Shown piece after piece: positions 37,761 to 52,280 of a DNA stretch of 64,000 bases; within the stretch, counting starts at the first letter, position 1; the number at the start of each line of letters is the position of its first letter. The stretch is from the NCBI RefSeq assembly GCF_001194135.2, contig NC_068987.1:50102683-50166682 (forward strand). Reading direction: 5' to 3'. The stretch is from Octopus bimaculoides (lineage: Eukaryota). A program made the position numbers and the translations under genes. A model generated the notes under the pieces. The model saw nothing but the letters and a program-made list of their open reading frames with translations, did no database searches and was not told the origin of the DNA.

Positions 37761-38097
37761 TCACTCACTCACTCACTCACTCACTCACTCACTCACTCAC
37801 TCACNNNNNNNNNNNNNNNNNNNNNNNNNNNNNNNNNNNNNNNNNNNNNNNNNNNNNNNNNNNNNNNNNNNNNNNNNNNNNNNNNNNNNNNNNNNNNNNN
37901 NNNNNNNNNNNNNNNNNNNNNNNNNNNNNNNNNNNNNNNNNNNNNNNNNNNNNNNNNNNNNNNNNNNNNNNNNNNNNNNNNNNNNNNNNNNNNNNNNNNN
38001 CTCACTCACTCACTCACTCACTCACTCACTCACTCACTCACTCACTCACTCACTCACTCACTCACTCACTCACTCACTCACTCACTCACTCACTCAC
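37725..38097. repeat. (CA)n(CTCA)n microsatellite spanning an N-gap
   Basis: Direct reading. Confidence 0.95.
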
Positions 38098-39562
38098 ATT
38101 TGCCTGTGAGAGTGAGTGTTATTGCTGATTACTGTTGAAGAGAGAACAAACAGCTGAGTAGAAACAGATTTATTTAACTTTTATTAAAACAATGTAGTTG
38201 ATGTTATTGATTATTGAGGCCATTGAGTAAAAGTCAGTGAATAACAAATGGTTGTTTGGTTAGGTACTTGAATACATCATTGAAAATTAGCCAGTTGGAA
38301 ATTAAGATTATTATGCTAGTCATATATTTCAGAGAGAAAGGTATGGTAGTGTTTTATTCCTATGGAATTAGTGATTTGAAAATGGTTTAAGAGAAATTGG
38401 TGATGTTAAATACATGGAAAAGGTTGATATTCTACATGAAGTCAAATAGGGTTATTGAATTACATGCAAACATGGCTGTGTGGTTGAGTTCATTTCCCAA
38501 CCACATAATTCTGGGTTCAGTTCCCCTTTGTGGTACTTTGGACAAGTGTCTTCTAATAACAACCTGGGTTGAACAAAGTTTTGCAAGAGCATTAGGTAGA
38601 TGGAAACAAAGAAATCTATTGTGTGTATACACACACACACACACATGCATATACTTACATTCACACACATATATAAATATATATATGCATACGTATATAT
38701 ATGCATATATACTTATATCTATACACACACACACACACACACACATATACATATATATATTCATACATGAATATATATATATGTATGTATGTATATATAA
38801 TGTAAGTGTGTGTTAGTGTGAGTGGGTTCATATTTGTCTTGACATGTGTGGTTTTTGTCAACAGAAGACTCATTCATACAATGTTGTCTCTTTCTGGTTC
38901 TCTGCATTATTCATGACTGGGCTATTTGTTGTTGGATACAATAGGAAGCTATTACTTTGCTTGGAAACAGAGTTTGTTGACAGGAAGGACATCTGGTCAT
39001 AGAAAACTCGGCACCAACATGCTCTCATCTATCCTATGCGGATATGAAAAAGTAAATGTTAAAATGATGATAATGGAAAATGTTTTTGAAAGTATGGCAC
39101 AATGTTGCATATGTAGTGGTATAGGTATAGATGACTAAATAGACTCCAGTACATACCTGGTACTTAGTTAATCCCCGAGAAAGTAAGCAGTGAAAAATTT
39201 TGTATGGAAGCTATTGACAAAGGAGGATATTGGGTGGCATGATATATACATATATACATTAATTTATGTTGTGTGTGCAAAATCATCTGGTGATAACAGT
39301 TGAATGTTGTTTTAACATTCTTGGTATACTTATAATGGTCACTGACCTGTCAGCTGTAATTTTTGTAGTGTATTCAATTTTGCTGAATAGTAGTGAGGAG
39401 GTGTTGAAAAATTGTTAGTAAAAGGAGAGGGAGAGAGTTAAAAATGTTTGAGAATCACTACCTGGGTAGATAAAAGGTAAAGGTGACATTAAGGTTGCTC
39501 TAAAGTGGAACTAAAATACTGAATGCTTTTTATTTGCTTCTCTACTATTTCATCAACATAAT

Positions 39563-39922
39563 AATAATTGTTTCAAATTTTAGCACAATATCGGCAATTT
39601 TAGTGGGAAGAAGTTAATTGATGCTATCCACTCCAATACTTGACTGGTACTTTATTTAATTTATCAACTTTGAAAAGATGAAATGCAAGGTTAACTTTGA
39701 CATGATTTGAACTGACACTGTAAAGAACCAGAACAAATTCTGCAAATAATTATTTCTAATTGCAGCATAAAACCAACAGTTTTCTTCAATAATAATGATC
39801 CTTTCTTTTATAGGAACAAAGCTTGAAATTTTGGAGGGAAGGGGCAAGTCGATTACATTGACTCCAGTGCTCAACTGGTACTTATTTTATTGACTCCGGA
39901 AGGATGAAAGGCAAAGTCAACA
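39563..39922 (-). mobile_element. Two head-to-tail SINE family A copies
   Basis: tttcaaattttagcacaa...ctggtacttt...atttgaact, then aattttggagggaagggg...gattacattgactccagtgctcaactggtac...ggcaaagtcaac. Confidence 0.75.
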
Positions 39923-41264
39923 ATATCTATATTGGCTGAAGGCCACACTTTTTTGTTGCTTGTCAAGTCAGCCCTATTACTACACTAATAAAGTTTAACT
40001 TCCAGAGGATAAAAAAGCATCCAACCACCCAGATGATTTGAACTTAGAATGTGGTGGGGGTATAACTAAATATTGTATGTCATATTGTCCATCACTTTAG
40101 CACTTCTACCTCCTCATTCCTCTAACTGATAATGATGTTACTAATAATAAGTTTTGGTAGTTTAGTCATGCTGAAGATAAAGAGAAAGTATCAGTATTTT
40201 TTGTGTTACAGTGCTACTTGTGACTTGAGGCCGCCAGAGAAGTTCTCTCACAGCAGTCCCATTTTTACTAATTCTATCATTATCCTAGCACCATGTCCAG
40301 CTTCATATTTTATTTGATATAAAATTATATGACATCGAATTTCAGGTTAATTTAACAGTAAAATAAACTGCTAAATAAACTTCCGTATAATACTAATGCA
40401 GCAAGTGTCGTAAGGAGAAAATAAGTTGATGACAAGACAAGCTGTCTGTAGCTTTGATTCTCTATTGAAAATTATATTAAGTAGCATTTTATGGAAAGGC
40501 AAGAGCCTCATAATTTCCATTTTCCCTGTTATTTGAAATTGTGTCTGTAACATTGATACCCCATCATAATTATATTATTTTACCTACTCTACTTACAATA
40601 GTAACATTCTATGGAAAGGCAAGAGTGTCATAATTTTTATCTTCCAATTTTTATCTTCCATCTTGAAGTTAGTTGTGTTTTATATTTTACCTGTTGACCT
40701 ATTGGATATCTCTGACTAATAAAAAAAAAAAAAAAAATCCAAGCTATTTATTCTGAATGCTACACTTGTTTAAGAATATAGAGGGTATAATTTTTTGTTG
40801 GGGTAGGATGGTGCATATTAGTGATCATCAGTAAATTGTACCTCATCCCCACCTCCAGATGCTTCTGTTGCTCTATAGAAATGAAAAGAATAGTTGATTT
40901 TGGTGAGATTCAATGTCAGATTTTTGAAAGATGAAACTAAACACTGCAAAGCATTTATTTAGTTCTGCCAATATGTTGCCCTATGTAGTAAATATGGTAG
41001 TGATTGAACAGACGGCCATAATGTCTACCTAATTCTCGTTTTCTCTTAGTACTTCTCTCTTTTTCTCTCTGTCTCTCTCTCTCTACTCCCACCCACCCTG
41101 TGCATTCTTCTTTCCCAGCATTCATTGCTGTTGAAGAATTGTAGTGCTCTCTGATAACTTTCTCGTAACCAACACTTCCCAGCTTGCCTACTCATACACC
41201 ATCCTCCTTTTTCAAAGTCTGCATAACTTTATGGCTCAAAAGTGTTCAGCTGATCTTCCTGGTT

Positions 41265-41702
41265 AACTACACTTTTGTCATTATATTTCTGTAGAAATAT
41301 TCTGCCTTTGTTTCAATTAATTTTGAAAATAATGAAGAACTTAATAAAATAGCTGTCATTATTAAGATGGTGTTTGAAGGTGGTGAGCTGGTAGAATTGT
41401 TTGCATGTTGGACAAAATGTTTACAGGCATTTCGTCCGTCTTTACAATCTGAGTTCAAATTCTGCCAACATTGCCTTTCATCCGCCCTTTCAGGGTCAAT
41501 AAAATAAGTACCAGTTTCTCTCTCACCTCAAAATGTCAGGCCTTGTGTCTATAATAAATAGAAAGCATTATTATGCTGGTGTTTGAAATATAAATTAATA
41601 TGAAATTTTGGTGGAACATTCTAATTTAGATAGTTTCAAAACAGGAAGTTTGTATCATAGAACAAACTCAGGTGGTCTCAGGTGAGTTGGTATTAAAAAG
41701 GA
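41265..41702 (+). mobile_element. MITE family M1 split by a SINE family A insertion (41379-41565) with a 22-bp TSD
   Basis: cattattaagatggtgtttgaa (41357-41378) and cattattatgctggtgtttgaa (41566-41587) flank the SINE. Confidence 0.85.
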
Positions 41703-42199
41703 TATCTATATGTATAGAACTGTGGGCTTCACAGTTCCAGTGATGTGTTTGGCTGTTGTGTGCATGCTCACATGTCCAAGATAGGAAGCTTCATGCTAGG
41801 GAGAGACAGCACTGTCATTCACACAGCGCTGATGAAAGGTAGTGTTTCTTTTTGACTCTGTGTGTGTTGTGCTTAAAAACATGTTTATATTGTTGAATGT
41901 GATAAAGTGTAGGATTTGATTATTATCCTGCTTCCAGTTTCAGTATTGCTGCCAGGATTTGTAAAATAGGGCAAATTTTTCTCCCATTATTTTGTGATTT
42001 AGGGGTGTTTTTTGAAAAACACGGGGGAATTTGCAGTGATGTTCAGTGAATAAATTAAACACACTTCCCGTCAGTGGCTAAAATGTGAACCAATCAAGTT
42101 TATATATAAATATTCTTTTTATATGTTTGTTTCATTTTACACAATATTAAAACAAAGGCTACAAATTTTCTGAAGCAGCACCCCTGCTAACTTTATATA

Positions 42200-42357
42200 T
42201 GACAGGCTTCTTTCAGTTTCTGTCTAACAATTCCACTCACAAGGCTTTGGTCAGCATGAGGCTATAGTAGAAGACACTTGCTCAAAGTGCCATGTAGAGG
42301 ACTGAACTCGGAACCATGTGGTTGGGAAGCAAGCTTCTTACCACACAGCCACATCCT
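42200..42357 (-). mobile_element. SINE family B 5' half
   Basis: ggcttctttcagtttc...gaagacacttgc...ggaagcaagcttcttaccacacagccac. Confidence 0.85.
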
Positions 42358-43134
42358 GTTTTGTTGAATCCTGTTGAACCATCTGACCCATGCCAGCGTG
42401 GAAGACAGACATTAAAGGATGTTGATGTTGATATGTGTGTGTGTTTTTTGTATACACACATGACAGGCCTCTACACCATAGCTTTCACTTAATCAAGTGG
42501 AAATGAATTTGGACCCATGTGACTGCAAATCAAGCTTAACTAAACAATCATAACTGTATGTGTGCAATTTTTTTATTTATTACCTGTATGTTGGGCATAA
42601 ATTCATAGATTGTAACCAATGTGTTTATTTTATCATTATCTTCATCGCCATCATTACCATGATTAATTATCTTTATTCTCATCAATTAAAGGCAGTAACA
42701 GCTGTTATTAGATTTTTTATCTGGAATAGCTCAGGACAGTAATGTACATGAAAAAGTTAGAAAAGCTTTATCTTCTTCCTAATTCTATCTTCTTCCCACT
42801 ACATTGCAACCACCTCTCTTCTGACTACTCTTGCAAGTACTATCACTGACCTAGCTTTTACTAATTATAGCTTTACTTGAATAAACATTTTACAGCAAGA
42901 GTATATTATTACACTTGAATGAGTGTATTACTTGATCTATTGTAAACCCCAGTCAGCTCAAATCAATTGAGTTAGGTTATATTCTAGAAAAGTAGTTGAT
43001 CATTAATTGAGAATTATATACTTCAATTTTGGTTTCGTTCTTCTTCATCTTGTCATATTAAAATCTTTCTTTATCTTATTTGTTTTGAAAAATGCTGTCA
43101 TTGTTTCAATTAATTTTTAAAATAAATCAAAAAT

Positions 43135-43545
43135 AGGTGCAGGTATGGCTGTGTGGTAAGAAGCTTGCTTCCCAACCATATCGTTCTGAGTTCAGTCCCA
43201 CTGCATGGCAGTTTAAGCAAGTGTCTTCTATATTTGGGCTGACCAAAGCCTTTGTAAGTAGATTTGGTAGACAAAAGAAGCCCATCATATATGCATGTGT
43301 GTGTGTGCGTGTTTGTGTGTGTGTTTGTGTGTCTTTGTACCTGTGTTTGTCTCCCACTACCACTTGACAACCGGTGCTGGTATGTTTATGTCCCCATAGC
43401 TTAGTACTTTGACAAAAGAAACCAATAGAATAAGTACCAAGCTTTAAAAAATAAGTACTGGAGAGCAATTCATTTGACTAAAAGATTCTCCAAGGTGGTG
43501 CCCCAGCATGGCTGCAGTTTAATGACTGAAACAAGTAAAAGAAAA
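43135..43545 (+). mobile_element. SINE family B, full length, CpG-depleted
   Basis: ggtgcaggtatggctgtgtggtaagaagcttgcttcccaacc...cagcatggctgcagtttaatgactgaaacaagtaaaaga. Confidence 0.9.
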
Positions 43546-44675
43546 AAAACGATAAATTTAGTAAAATAACATTGTCCTTATTAACCTGATGTATGGGACA
43601 TAAATTAACATGAAATTTTGATAGATTTTCAATTTAGATAACTTTAAGCAGGAAATTTATGTCACAGAATCAGATGCAGTCACAAGCAGGTTGATATGAA
43701 AAGTGTTTAAACAACACGAACAGTAAAAGACAATAAAAAGTCCGTTTTGGCAGCTTGTGAACATTAAACATGTAAGCATCAGCAACGATCCCAATTTTTA
43801 TGTCACCCTTTTTTTTTGTTTTGATAGAACTAATTTTTTTTGTTAGTCTCCTTGAAATACTCTTTTGCATTGAGATAATTGACTAGGATTTAGAATTTAT
43901 GGGGGGTGGTTCCATTCTCCTCCCCGTCCTCGCCAGTAAATATTATGTTTATGCTTGTCTAGATTTTCTTACTTTTCTGCAGTACTGTTTGTTCATTGGA
44001 TGAAATTGTTATCACCTCTCACTTGCAAAGATTTCTCCCTTTTTTGGGAAAAAATTGTTAAAACATTGCTTTTAGCTAATGATGTCTTAACTCGATTAAA
44101 TGAAGATCTACTGTGAATTGATAAATGTTATTGTTGAAAATGTGACAGGCGAATTTCAAGACCCCAGTATTTGATAAGACAGCACTGTATTCAGTAATAA
44201 TCTGAATTTTCCGGGTTAGCACACTTACACATGATGTATGTGCACAAATATATTTTAGGTTACATCTAAGGCTTCTATTGCCACCACAACAATCAGTGGC
44301 TCCTCATCTAACTGTTCCAATTATGGCTGTGTGTGTTTATGTCTCCTTGTTTTGTCATCAAGTGATAGTTGTCAAACAAGTGTCAATGTTGTACAAGCAA
44401 CATTATTTGTTTCCGGTCTTCAATGAAAACATGTGGTCATAGAAAAATATTGACTTGCTTGGAAACAAGTGAAAGCTGATGAAGGAAAGAGATCTAGGTG
44501 TAGAAAATCTACCACAATGATTTCTGTCTGACCCATGCAAGCATTGAAAAGTAGATATTGAAATGTTGATGTTTTTTCTCTTAGATACTACAAAGGCATT
44601 GCTAGATCTATGTCATCTTCACTAAATATATTTGACCCTACTTACTGTGGGTTCCTCTGACTATTAGCTATTTAA

Positions 44676-44894
44676 CCCTTTAGTATTTTAAACCAACTGT
44701 ATCCAGCCAAAATATTCTATCTGTTTTATGTTCAAACTGACTAGATTTGGTGTCTCACACCTACCCTACAATGTCATTCTAAAAATAAACAATCATATCA
44801 TTGAAACCTTGAAGTTATAAGGTGGTGTATGATTAATTCAAAACAATATGAATACATAAACATTACATTTGACAGTAATCTGAATGCTAAATGG
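44676..44894 (+). mobile_element. piggyBac-like MITE, family M2
   Basis: TTAA|CCCTTTAG ... CTAAATGG|TTAA; homologous to 49851-50070 and 56217-56435. Confidence 0.85.
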
Positions 44895-46020
44895 TTAAAT
44901 CTAGCTATCTACACTTCTTCATCCCCACTCACTCATATCAAACAATTTAAACTGAAAATTACTTTCATCAGTATCAATGCTAGATCTATCTTCTCTTTCA
45001 TACCATTACTGTTCTTTATTGTCTTTTCATTGCAACATTATTGCACCATGTGGTTTAAATATTAAACCTTTATGGTAATACTCTTTATACACTTAAACAT
45101 TCATTACGTGTTGACAGAATGTTACCCACTTCCTTTCATGGCTAAAGAACTATAATCTAGCACAGCCCACTTCTACACATGTTAACAAACTATGATGCTA
45201 TTATTTCTGATCTTTGGCTCAAGAAAGACATCTTTGATTAGGCTAAATAGTTTTCTCTCCAGTTCTTGAAATTGAAAGGCTTTTAGTAGTAAAAATAAAT
45301 ATTTCAGGTTGCTTACTTATTTAATCAGAAATAATCTTCCTTGTTTGTGAGTTCTATATTTATTTTTGTTTCTTGTTCTTATTTATTTACATATTTTGTT
45401 CATTTCCTAGCATGAAAACAATGTTATTTTAGTCACACAACTTATACTGGTTGGTTTAGATTTCCTGTCAATTTACTGTAGCACCATATCACTCCATCAT
45501 ACCATCATCATGCTTGATAATGCCCATCTGTTGCTGAATAGCTGAAGAGTGTGTCAGCTGATTGTGTGCGGTTCTTATCTGAAGGTACTGTTCAGCTAAC
45601 TAATTTTGACTCTAAAGTTGCTACATAAGTACCACTAATTCTGAATCCTGCTGCTAATGCTTGCTTGCTATCTTAAATGTGATGGTAGTTGGTTGGGTTT
45701 GGTATACTGTCACACCAAAATATTTTACTCTTCAGAAGTAGCAAATATTGAAGAAAGATATTTTTATATAACTCAGAATCAGATGTAACCATTCAAAATC
45801 CTGGAGCTGACGTACCGATAGTTCAAAAGTGGAAAATATTGTTTTTTCTGTGAGGAGGAGGACAAAAATGTAGAATTTCAGGTGGCACTCTTTGCTGGAT
45901 AGTGATCTTCTCTGATGGTACCAATGAAATGATTTATTTATTGCCATCGGAACATATCACACTCAACCTAACTTTTACTAACTCAAAACAACATTGTGTG
46001 AATAGTAATGATAAGCTTAA

Positions 46021-46238
46021 AGATTTTTGATACCATCTCATCTGAAACTGTCCCTAATTCTATGAAACAAATTCCCTGTTTTTGAAGTAATTTAAATTTA
46101 AACCTTTGATGAAACTGTTAAATGTTCCATGTTAATTTTTGTCTTGAAAATCAGTTTAATAACAACAAAGTTATTTTATAAATTCATTATTTTGAAACAA
46201 AGGCTGTACTTTTCCACAGAAATATGTTAACAAAAGAG
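46021..46238 (-). mobile_element. MITE family M1
   Basis: TTAA at 46017 and 46239; body matches other M1 copies. Confidence 0.7.
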
Positions 46239-49200
46239 TTAAATAATTTAATGATATAATAAAGAAAGCCATTATACAAATTTCTGTTTTTCATTTTCCT
46301 TAGAATATTCAGTTTATTCCATTTTTGAACTTTTAATGCACACTAATAGCTAATACAGACCATCACCAGTTTCTTTGGGTCTTTCTCTTCACTTTAAACA
46401 ACTTGAATCAATTGTTGTTCAAGCGTTTAAATAATATTTTACTTTAATCAATGAATATAGCCCAAACACTTAAGCTTCAGACTAAAAGCACTACAGAATT
46501 TATTTTCATCAAATTAAATTTACTTTTTATCAACCTTAGGGTCCAATGAAATATGCTTTGGTAATAGGTTTTACCTGTTCAAGCCAATGAAGGAGCTTCT
46601 ATGTAGTTAATGAACCTGTTAAAAATGGCAGTTATATCTCCTTCAATTGGCACCCTACCTGTGTACTGTAACCAGTAAACTCATCTTAGTGGGTGGACTG
46701 ATGGGATAATGTAAGTTTTTGGCCCAATGTACTTGGGGAAAAATGAGGTAGTCATGTTTTCTATCATAGGCTTGCTACATCAGGTTATACTTGGGAGCTA
46801 AACAACAACAGTAACCAGTTATGTTCTGTTTCCACTACAAAATATTTGATTTCTTTTTGCCAAACCAGATACTGATATTGATTATTGATTTTATCAAATC
46901 TACCATATCTTCAAAAAATGAAAAAAGTTTGTTTTCTTCCTTATCTGAAGGAATTAGTAAATTTTCTCCCATGTGTGAAGATTTGCAAATATCTTTCTAG
47001 AGTTGCTTGCTTGGGTTTGTGGTTAAGAAGTTCATTTTGCAGTCACGTGGTTCCTAAAACAGCTCTATAAGGGAAATTTGATAGACAGCACCTTTGCATA
47101 TCATGGTTCAGTACACTCAAGGGAAACAGAAGAACCATTTCATATCCAAACTCTGAACTATACCATTGACAAGTTTAAATGAATTGTTTTCTTTCTACTC
47201 TTTCACCTCTTCTTAGATATATAATCCTGTTTTTATCTGTCTGCTCCTTCTCACCTTAATTACTCCTTCTATCCTTGTTTGCTTATCTTTCTTATTTTGT
47301 TCATCTTTCCTTCTACCCTTCCCACATAATTTTTTTCTCCCTTACTACTTCCTGTCTATCTATGCAAGCTCAAGATGTCTTGCTTTCTTCATTAAATGCT
47401 GCCAACTTCTTAAATAAAACTCTATTGTCTTTCTTTTTTCGCTCCTATCCTCCTAACTCCTCATTTTTTTCTGTTCATTTTTTTTCTAAATCATCCAATC
47501 TTGTTACCACTAGTCTCCTTGGATTCTGTTTCATTTGATATGTAAAGTTTATGTCTACTACTTACAATCTTGTATTTAGCATGTGTGAGGGTTAAAATAT
47601 GCATATTTAGTTACACTTTATCTGCACACAAATTTCAGTACTTTAGTTAAATAATATGCATGCAAGTATAATGGCATAAAAACTGTATAGTTATGTCTCT
47701 TTACATTAACCTTTGAAGAATTGTTCCAGCATGGCCACAACCCAATGACTGAAACCAATAAGAGGCTAAAATAACAAAATTGATGCTACTTATAAGTGAT
47801 TCAGCAAATGTTATATGCCAGGTGTGATCTAGTTTTAACTCAGTTATCCAAGTTTACTTTTCTTTTAGCTGTGTATCCTTTTTTGAGCATATCTTCTCTA
47901 GGCAAAGTACACCAGATTGGTTTCCTGTTGCCTCCAACCAGGTATAAAGTTTATAATTTCTAAAATAAAGTAAGTCATGGAAGCTTTGATTCTTATATTC
48001 TTCTCGTGGTAATTAGCAGTGGGGGATGACATTTATTGCAGCTGAAAATAGAAACTAGGTTACAAACTTGGTTTTCCGTTGGCATTTCATTTCTTCTGTT
48101 GCCTAAGGGTATGTTTTTACCTAGCTTTATGATTGCAAATTTTTTAATGAGTGATCTGTCTTCAGAGATAAGACATTTACATCTACAGTAATGTGTAGGC
48201 CACAAAAGGCTATCAGCCTTTTGATCTGAATTCATAGCAAACATTCAAATAAGTGTGTGTCTGTCCAGCAGGTGAAAGATTAGCATCTTGTTATTGCTGA
48301 GTGCTTTGTGATAATCAGAAATTAAAGTAATTAAAATGTACTGTAGGTAATATTATAAATATGTCTCATATCTAAAGATGAAATTAATAGTCTCAAAGAT
48401 TGTAATTTTATTAATGACTTGTCTCAGACATGTAGTGTACAGTGCATTTCATCAACTATGTGAGGCAATGAATTATATACTGCTATATTATTTTCAGCAA
48501 GTGATTAAGTAACACAATGTTAATATGGTGACAAGATATAAGCTATTGACTTTTCAAATAGTAGACTAGTGTAAAACTTGGCTCTCTTAACTCATACTAA
48601 CGTGATTATTTTCATTGGATTCAATACCTCTTATATTTAGTTTTACAGCCACTGTTTTCATGCTTATATGGGTAGGGCAGTTGAAGTAAATTTCTTTTCA
48701 CTAGACTCCCTTCCTTTTGTGAAGTAGGAGTGGAACCTGGTTTTGTTTAGTCAGGCAAAAGAAATAAGCAAAATTTATGTAAAGAACAAAATAATACTAT
48801 CTAACAGCTATATGTTTATACAAGAGAACAATGTAAAATAGGAAGAAAGAGTATTTATACATCTTGAATAAATATAATTGTCTTAGTTCAGAATTTTAGA
48901 CCATCAAACTACTTATGAAGAATGTATTTTAAACCAGCATTTTATTCTCTAGTTATTGCATTGCTTCTAATTCCTGTATTTTGAGCTAACTTGTTTCATA
49001 GATTTTTTAGCTGTTAGAATTCCTTTTGTGTTGGGTCTATATCAAGGATTCTGTGTCTATGACTAAGATTTTAACTGGAATAATTTGTTTCTATCATTTA
49101 AAGAAACAAGCTCACTTTCTGATTTAGTGCTGCTACTATGAGCACAGTTCACAGAACCATTCTATGTTTGTGTCTCAGTGAGTTGTAATTTTATTTGTCA

Positions 49201-49603
49201 TTGATACTGAACCTCTCTATCCTGTAAATATGCCATTTTCTAAATCTGAAAATTGTGAAGTTCATTTTGCAAATGTAACCATGTTTATTTCTTCAATACT
49301 AAGGATTTTTTTGTTTTCATTTTACTGCTAGCTTTAGACTTTAAGTTTTCTCCTAAAGGTTATTCAATGAGACCACCCAAACAGTTGGAAGGTTCAAGTT
49401 TCACTGAATGCTACAAGCCTGTATTTATATTACACCTACTCATTTCTTTGCTAATTGGAAATATTACTGAGAAGAATCAGTAGTAGTGGTAGTAGTAGTT
49501 GACGAGNNNNNNNNNNNNNNNNNNNNNNNNNNNNNNNNNNNNNNNNNNNNNNNNNNNNNNNNNNNNNNNNNNNNNNNNNNNNNNNNNNNNNNNNNNNNNN
49601 NNN

Positions 49604-49636
<33 letters not shown>

Positions 49637-49850
49637 AGATGCATGATTATGAATCTCAGGAAGGAAAACAGGTGAAGCAGAAGTTTAATTTGGGTGGTAT
49701 TCTGAGTAATGGATGATGTAAGGTTTAATCTAAAGTCAAGAGAGCCTACAGAGAGCTGAATAATATTCCTTGAGATGTTGTAGTGTAGTATGTTGGATTA
49801 TAACATAATAAATAGGGAGAAGAAGCTGTCAACATGGTAAAACATTTTAA

Positions 49851-50070
49851 CCCTTTAGTATTTAAATCGGCCATATCCAGCCAAAATATTCTACGAATTT
49901 TATCTTCAAAATGGCCAAATCCAGCTTCTTACACTTATGCTACAATGTCATTCTATAAATAAACAATCATGCCATTGAGATCTTGTAGCTATGAGACAGT
50001 GTATGATTAATTCAAAACAATGTGAATAAATAAGCATTACATTTTACAGAATAATCTGAATGCTAAAGGA
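49851..50070 (+). mobile_element. MITE family M2
   Basis: TTAA|CCCTTTAG ... CTAAAGGA|TTAA. Confidence 0.85.
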
Positions 50071-50238
50071 TTAAATCCTGTGTTAGAACAAAACTAATTT
50101 TTTTAGATATATTCTTTTTGTTATTTGTTTTTAGCATTTTTGGATACTTGCATACAAATTATGGGGATTCAGATAGTTTTACTTTCCTTTTATAATTATT
50201 TGGTTTCCTTCATATTAATTAACAACTGAATCTTTAAA

Positions 50239-50441
50239 CATGTGATCCAAGGGAAGGCAAAGGGGCCGATACAGCTTGGCACCTGTGACGTCGCAATTCA
50301 TTTCTACAGCTGAGTGAACTGGAGCAACGTGAAATAAAGTGTCTTGCTCAAGAACACAACACGCAGCCCGGTCCGGGATTCGAACTCACAACCTCATGAT
50401 CGTAAGCTCAATGTTCTAACCATTGAGCCATGCACCTTCAC
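50239..50441 (-). mobile_element. tRNA(Arg-like)-headed CORE-like SINE, family C
   Basis: Minus strand: GGCTCAATGGTTAG...TTACGAT...GAGTTCGAATCC head, then CTTGAGCAAGACACTT...CAGTT...CTGTAGAAATG, resembling the MIR/CORE domain. Confidence 0.8.
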
Positions 50442-51716
50442 TATGCATAACACTAAGCTGCAATCTCCATTCCTTTTAATAAATTCCTGAAATCACATCT
50501 GTTTGACATTCAGGGAGGCCTCTTTACTTACTTCTATTATTTATGCATATTTGTATTTACCATAAAACACTATAAACCCAATATAGGCAGCAAACTAAAC
50601 AAGTTGATTGCTGCATAGAATCTCTCATAACCAAACATGGCATGCTATCATGTAGTGATTCTAGACGAGATTCAAAAAATGTCATATCCAGTCTGTAGAT
50701 TGCACCTATTGTTTACTTCCATTCCAATATATTTCAAGAGAACAATCTAGGTAATACTTTCCTGGTGCTTAATTTGTAAGTTGATATCCCATGATAAACA
50801 TTGCATTATAACTTGGACAAGGCACTCAGTTCTATCTTCCTTCTGGAAGTTGATTTTCTTACTTCAGCTATTTTAATAAAAAATGAAATCCTCTCCTCAA
50901 AGACATCTCTGTTCTTTTACTATCTAATAGTCATCACTACTATTGCTATAATGACCACCACCATCATCATTCCATCACCACTTTGAGGTTTACTCCTTTT
51001 TAGAAAATTATCTTGGGGACCATCAATTCAGTCTTTTTTTTTTTTTTGTCATTTAGGGTATTATATCACTCTAGTTTATCACAGCAAACCTGCTGGGATT
51101 TTATGTTTCACAGACATTTCCCATATCTATTTTTGAAAGGAGATCTCTGTTCCATCAATTATTAAGAAAGATTATCAGCAAGAAGAGTAGTTTCAATAGA
51201 TGGATGAACATCTCTTGTTCAGGTCAGTTAAAGGTTAATATTTAGGAAAGCTTCCATGCGAATGTTGACTTCTATCTAGGCAACAGGCTGTTGCAATTTT
51301 ATTTGGATGACGAATGAGGTGAAAGCCAAAAATATCTGCTGGCTGTTTCAGCCTTTTGGTTCATCCCAAGTGATTATGATGAAGTGTGGAATTCCTGTTT
51401 TGGAATTGTGTGTGTGTGTTTTCAGAATCAGAGTAGAAGGAAGTATTTGAATGTAGGTATTACTAGGAAAAAAAACAACAAAAAACCCAGAAAAAAGACA
51501 AAGCAAGCAATATGAAGATAAAAAAAGCGCGCGTGTGTGTACAAAGATTTTCTATGTATCTGTATAAGAATATGGTGCTGTGCATACATGTGTTTAATAC
51601 AGTTTGCAGTATAAAGTATACACTTTCACTAGAGTTTGTGTGTGTATCTTAGTTTTAGGAAGTAAGACAGCATAATGGCTTCTCTGTGTGTGCTCTTATA
51701 TGTGGGCACAAACACA

Positions 51717-51798
51717 TGTGCATGCACGCTTATGTGTGTGTGCATGCACGCTTATGTGTGTGTACATGCATGCTTACGTGTGTGTACATGCACATGTG
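51717..51798. repeat. 22-bp minisatellite (catgcacgcttatgtgtgtgtg), 3-4 units
   Basis: Direct reading. Confidence 0.85.
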
Positions 51799-52280
51799 TA
51801 TCTGTGTGGAGGGTAGGTGTGTGTGTTTATTCTTGATTATTTACAGAAGTCTCTCAAACAAATAGACAACTGTGAAGAAATAACAATGTCAAAGTCCTAT
51901 TTTGGTCTTCCATAATGTCTTCCATAACTTAGCTGCAATCTTTTTTTTTATTTTAGCTTTTATTTCATTATAGTTCTTTTGTTTGTTTGTTTTTAGTATT
52001 TATCTTGAAATACATAACATTATTTATTTATTTATTCATTTAGCACAGTCTTTTAGTTAATGAAAAGTATTCCCAATCTAATACTAGTATTAATGAATAC
52101 AGAATTAATATTTAAATATCTAATTGCTCTGTAAAGAAAGGAATGAGTCATTATTAATTATAATAGCTTTATTAATGGCAGAAGTGAACTAATGAGAGAA
52201 TAAGGGATGGATTATTAGTTGATAAAGTTTTAATTCAAAATCCGCCACAGGCATAGTTTCAGTATATTATTTATTTAGAT

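Noticed and set aside
40484-40640. ~35-bp direct repeat (atggaaaggcaagag..tcataattt) 120 bp apart
   Set aside because: A real short duplication, but with no identifiable element or function
41735-41845. GC-richer stretch bounded by AG and GT as vinculin exon 2
   Set aside because: No frame encodes vinculin-like sequence
45480-46020. Possible degenerate DDE transposase (IIMLDNAH)
   Set aside because: A single motif with no supporting frame or TIRs
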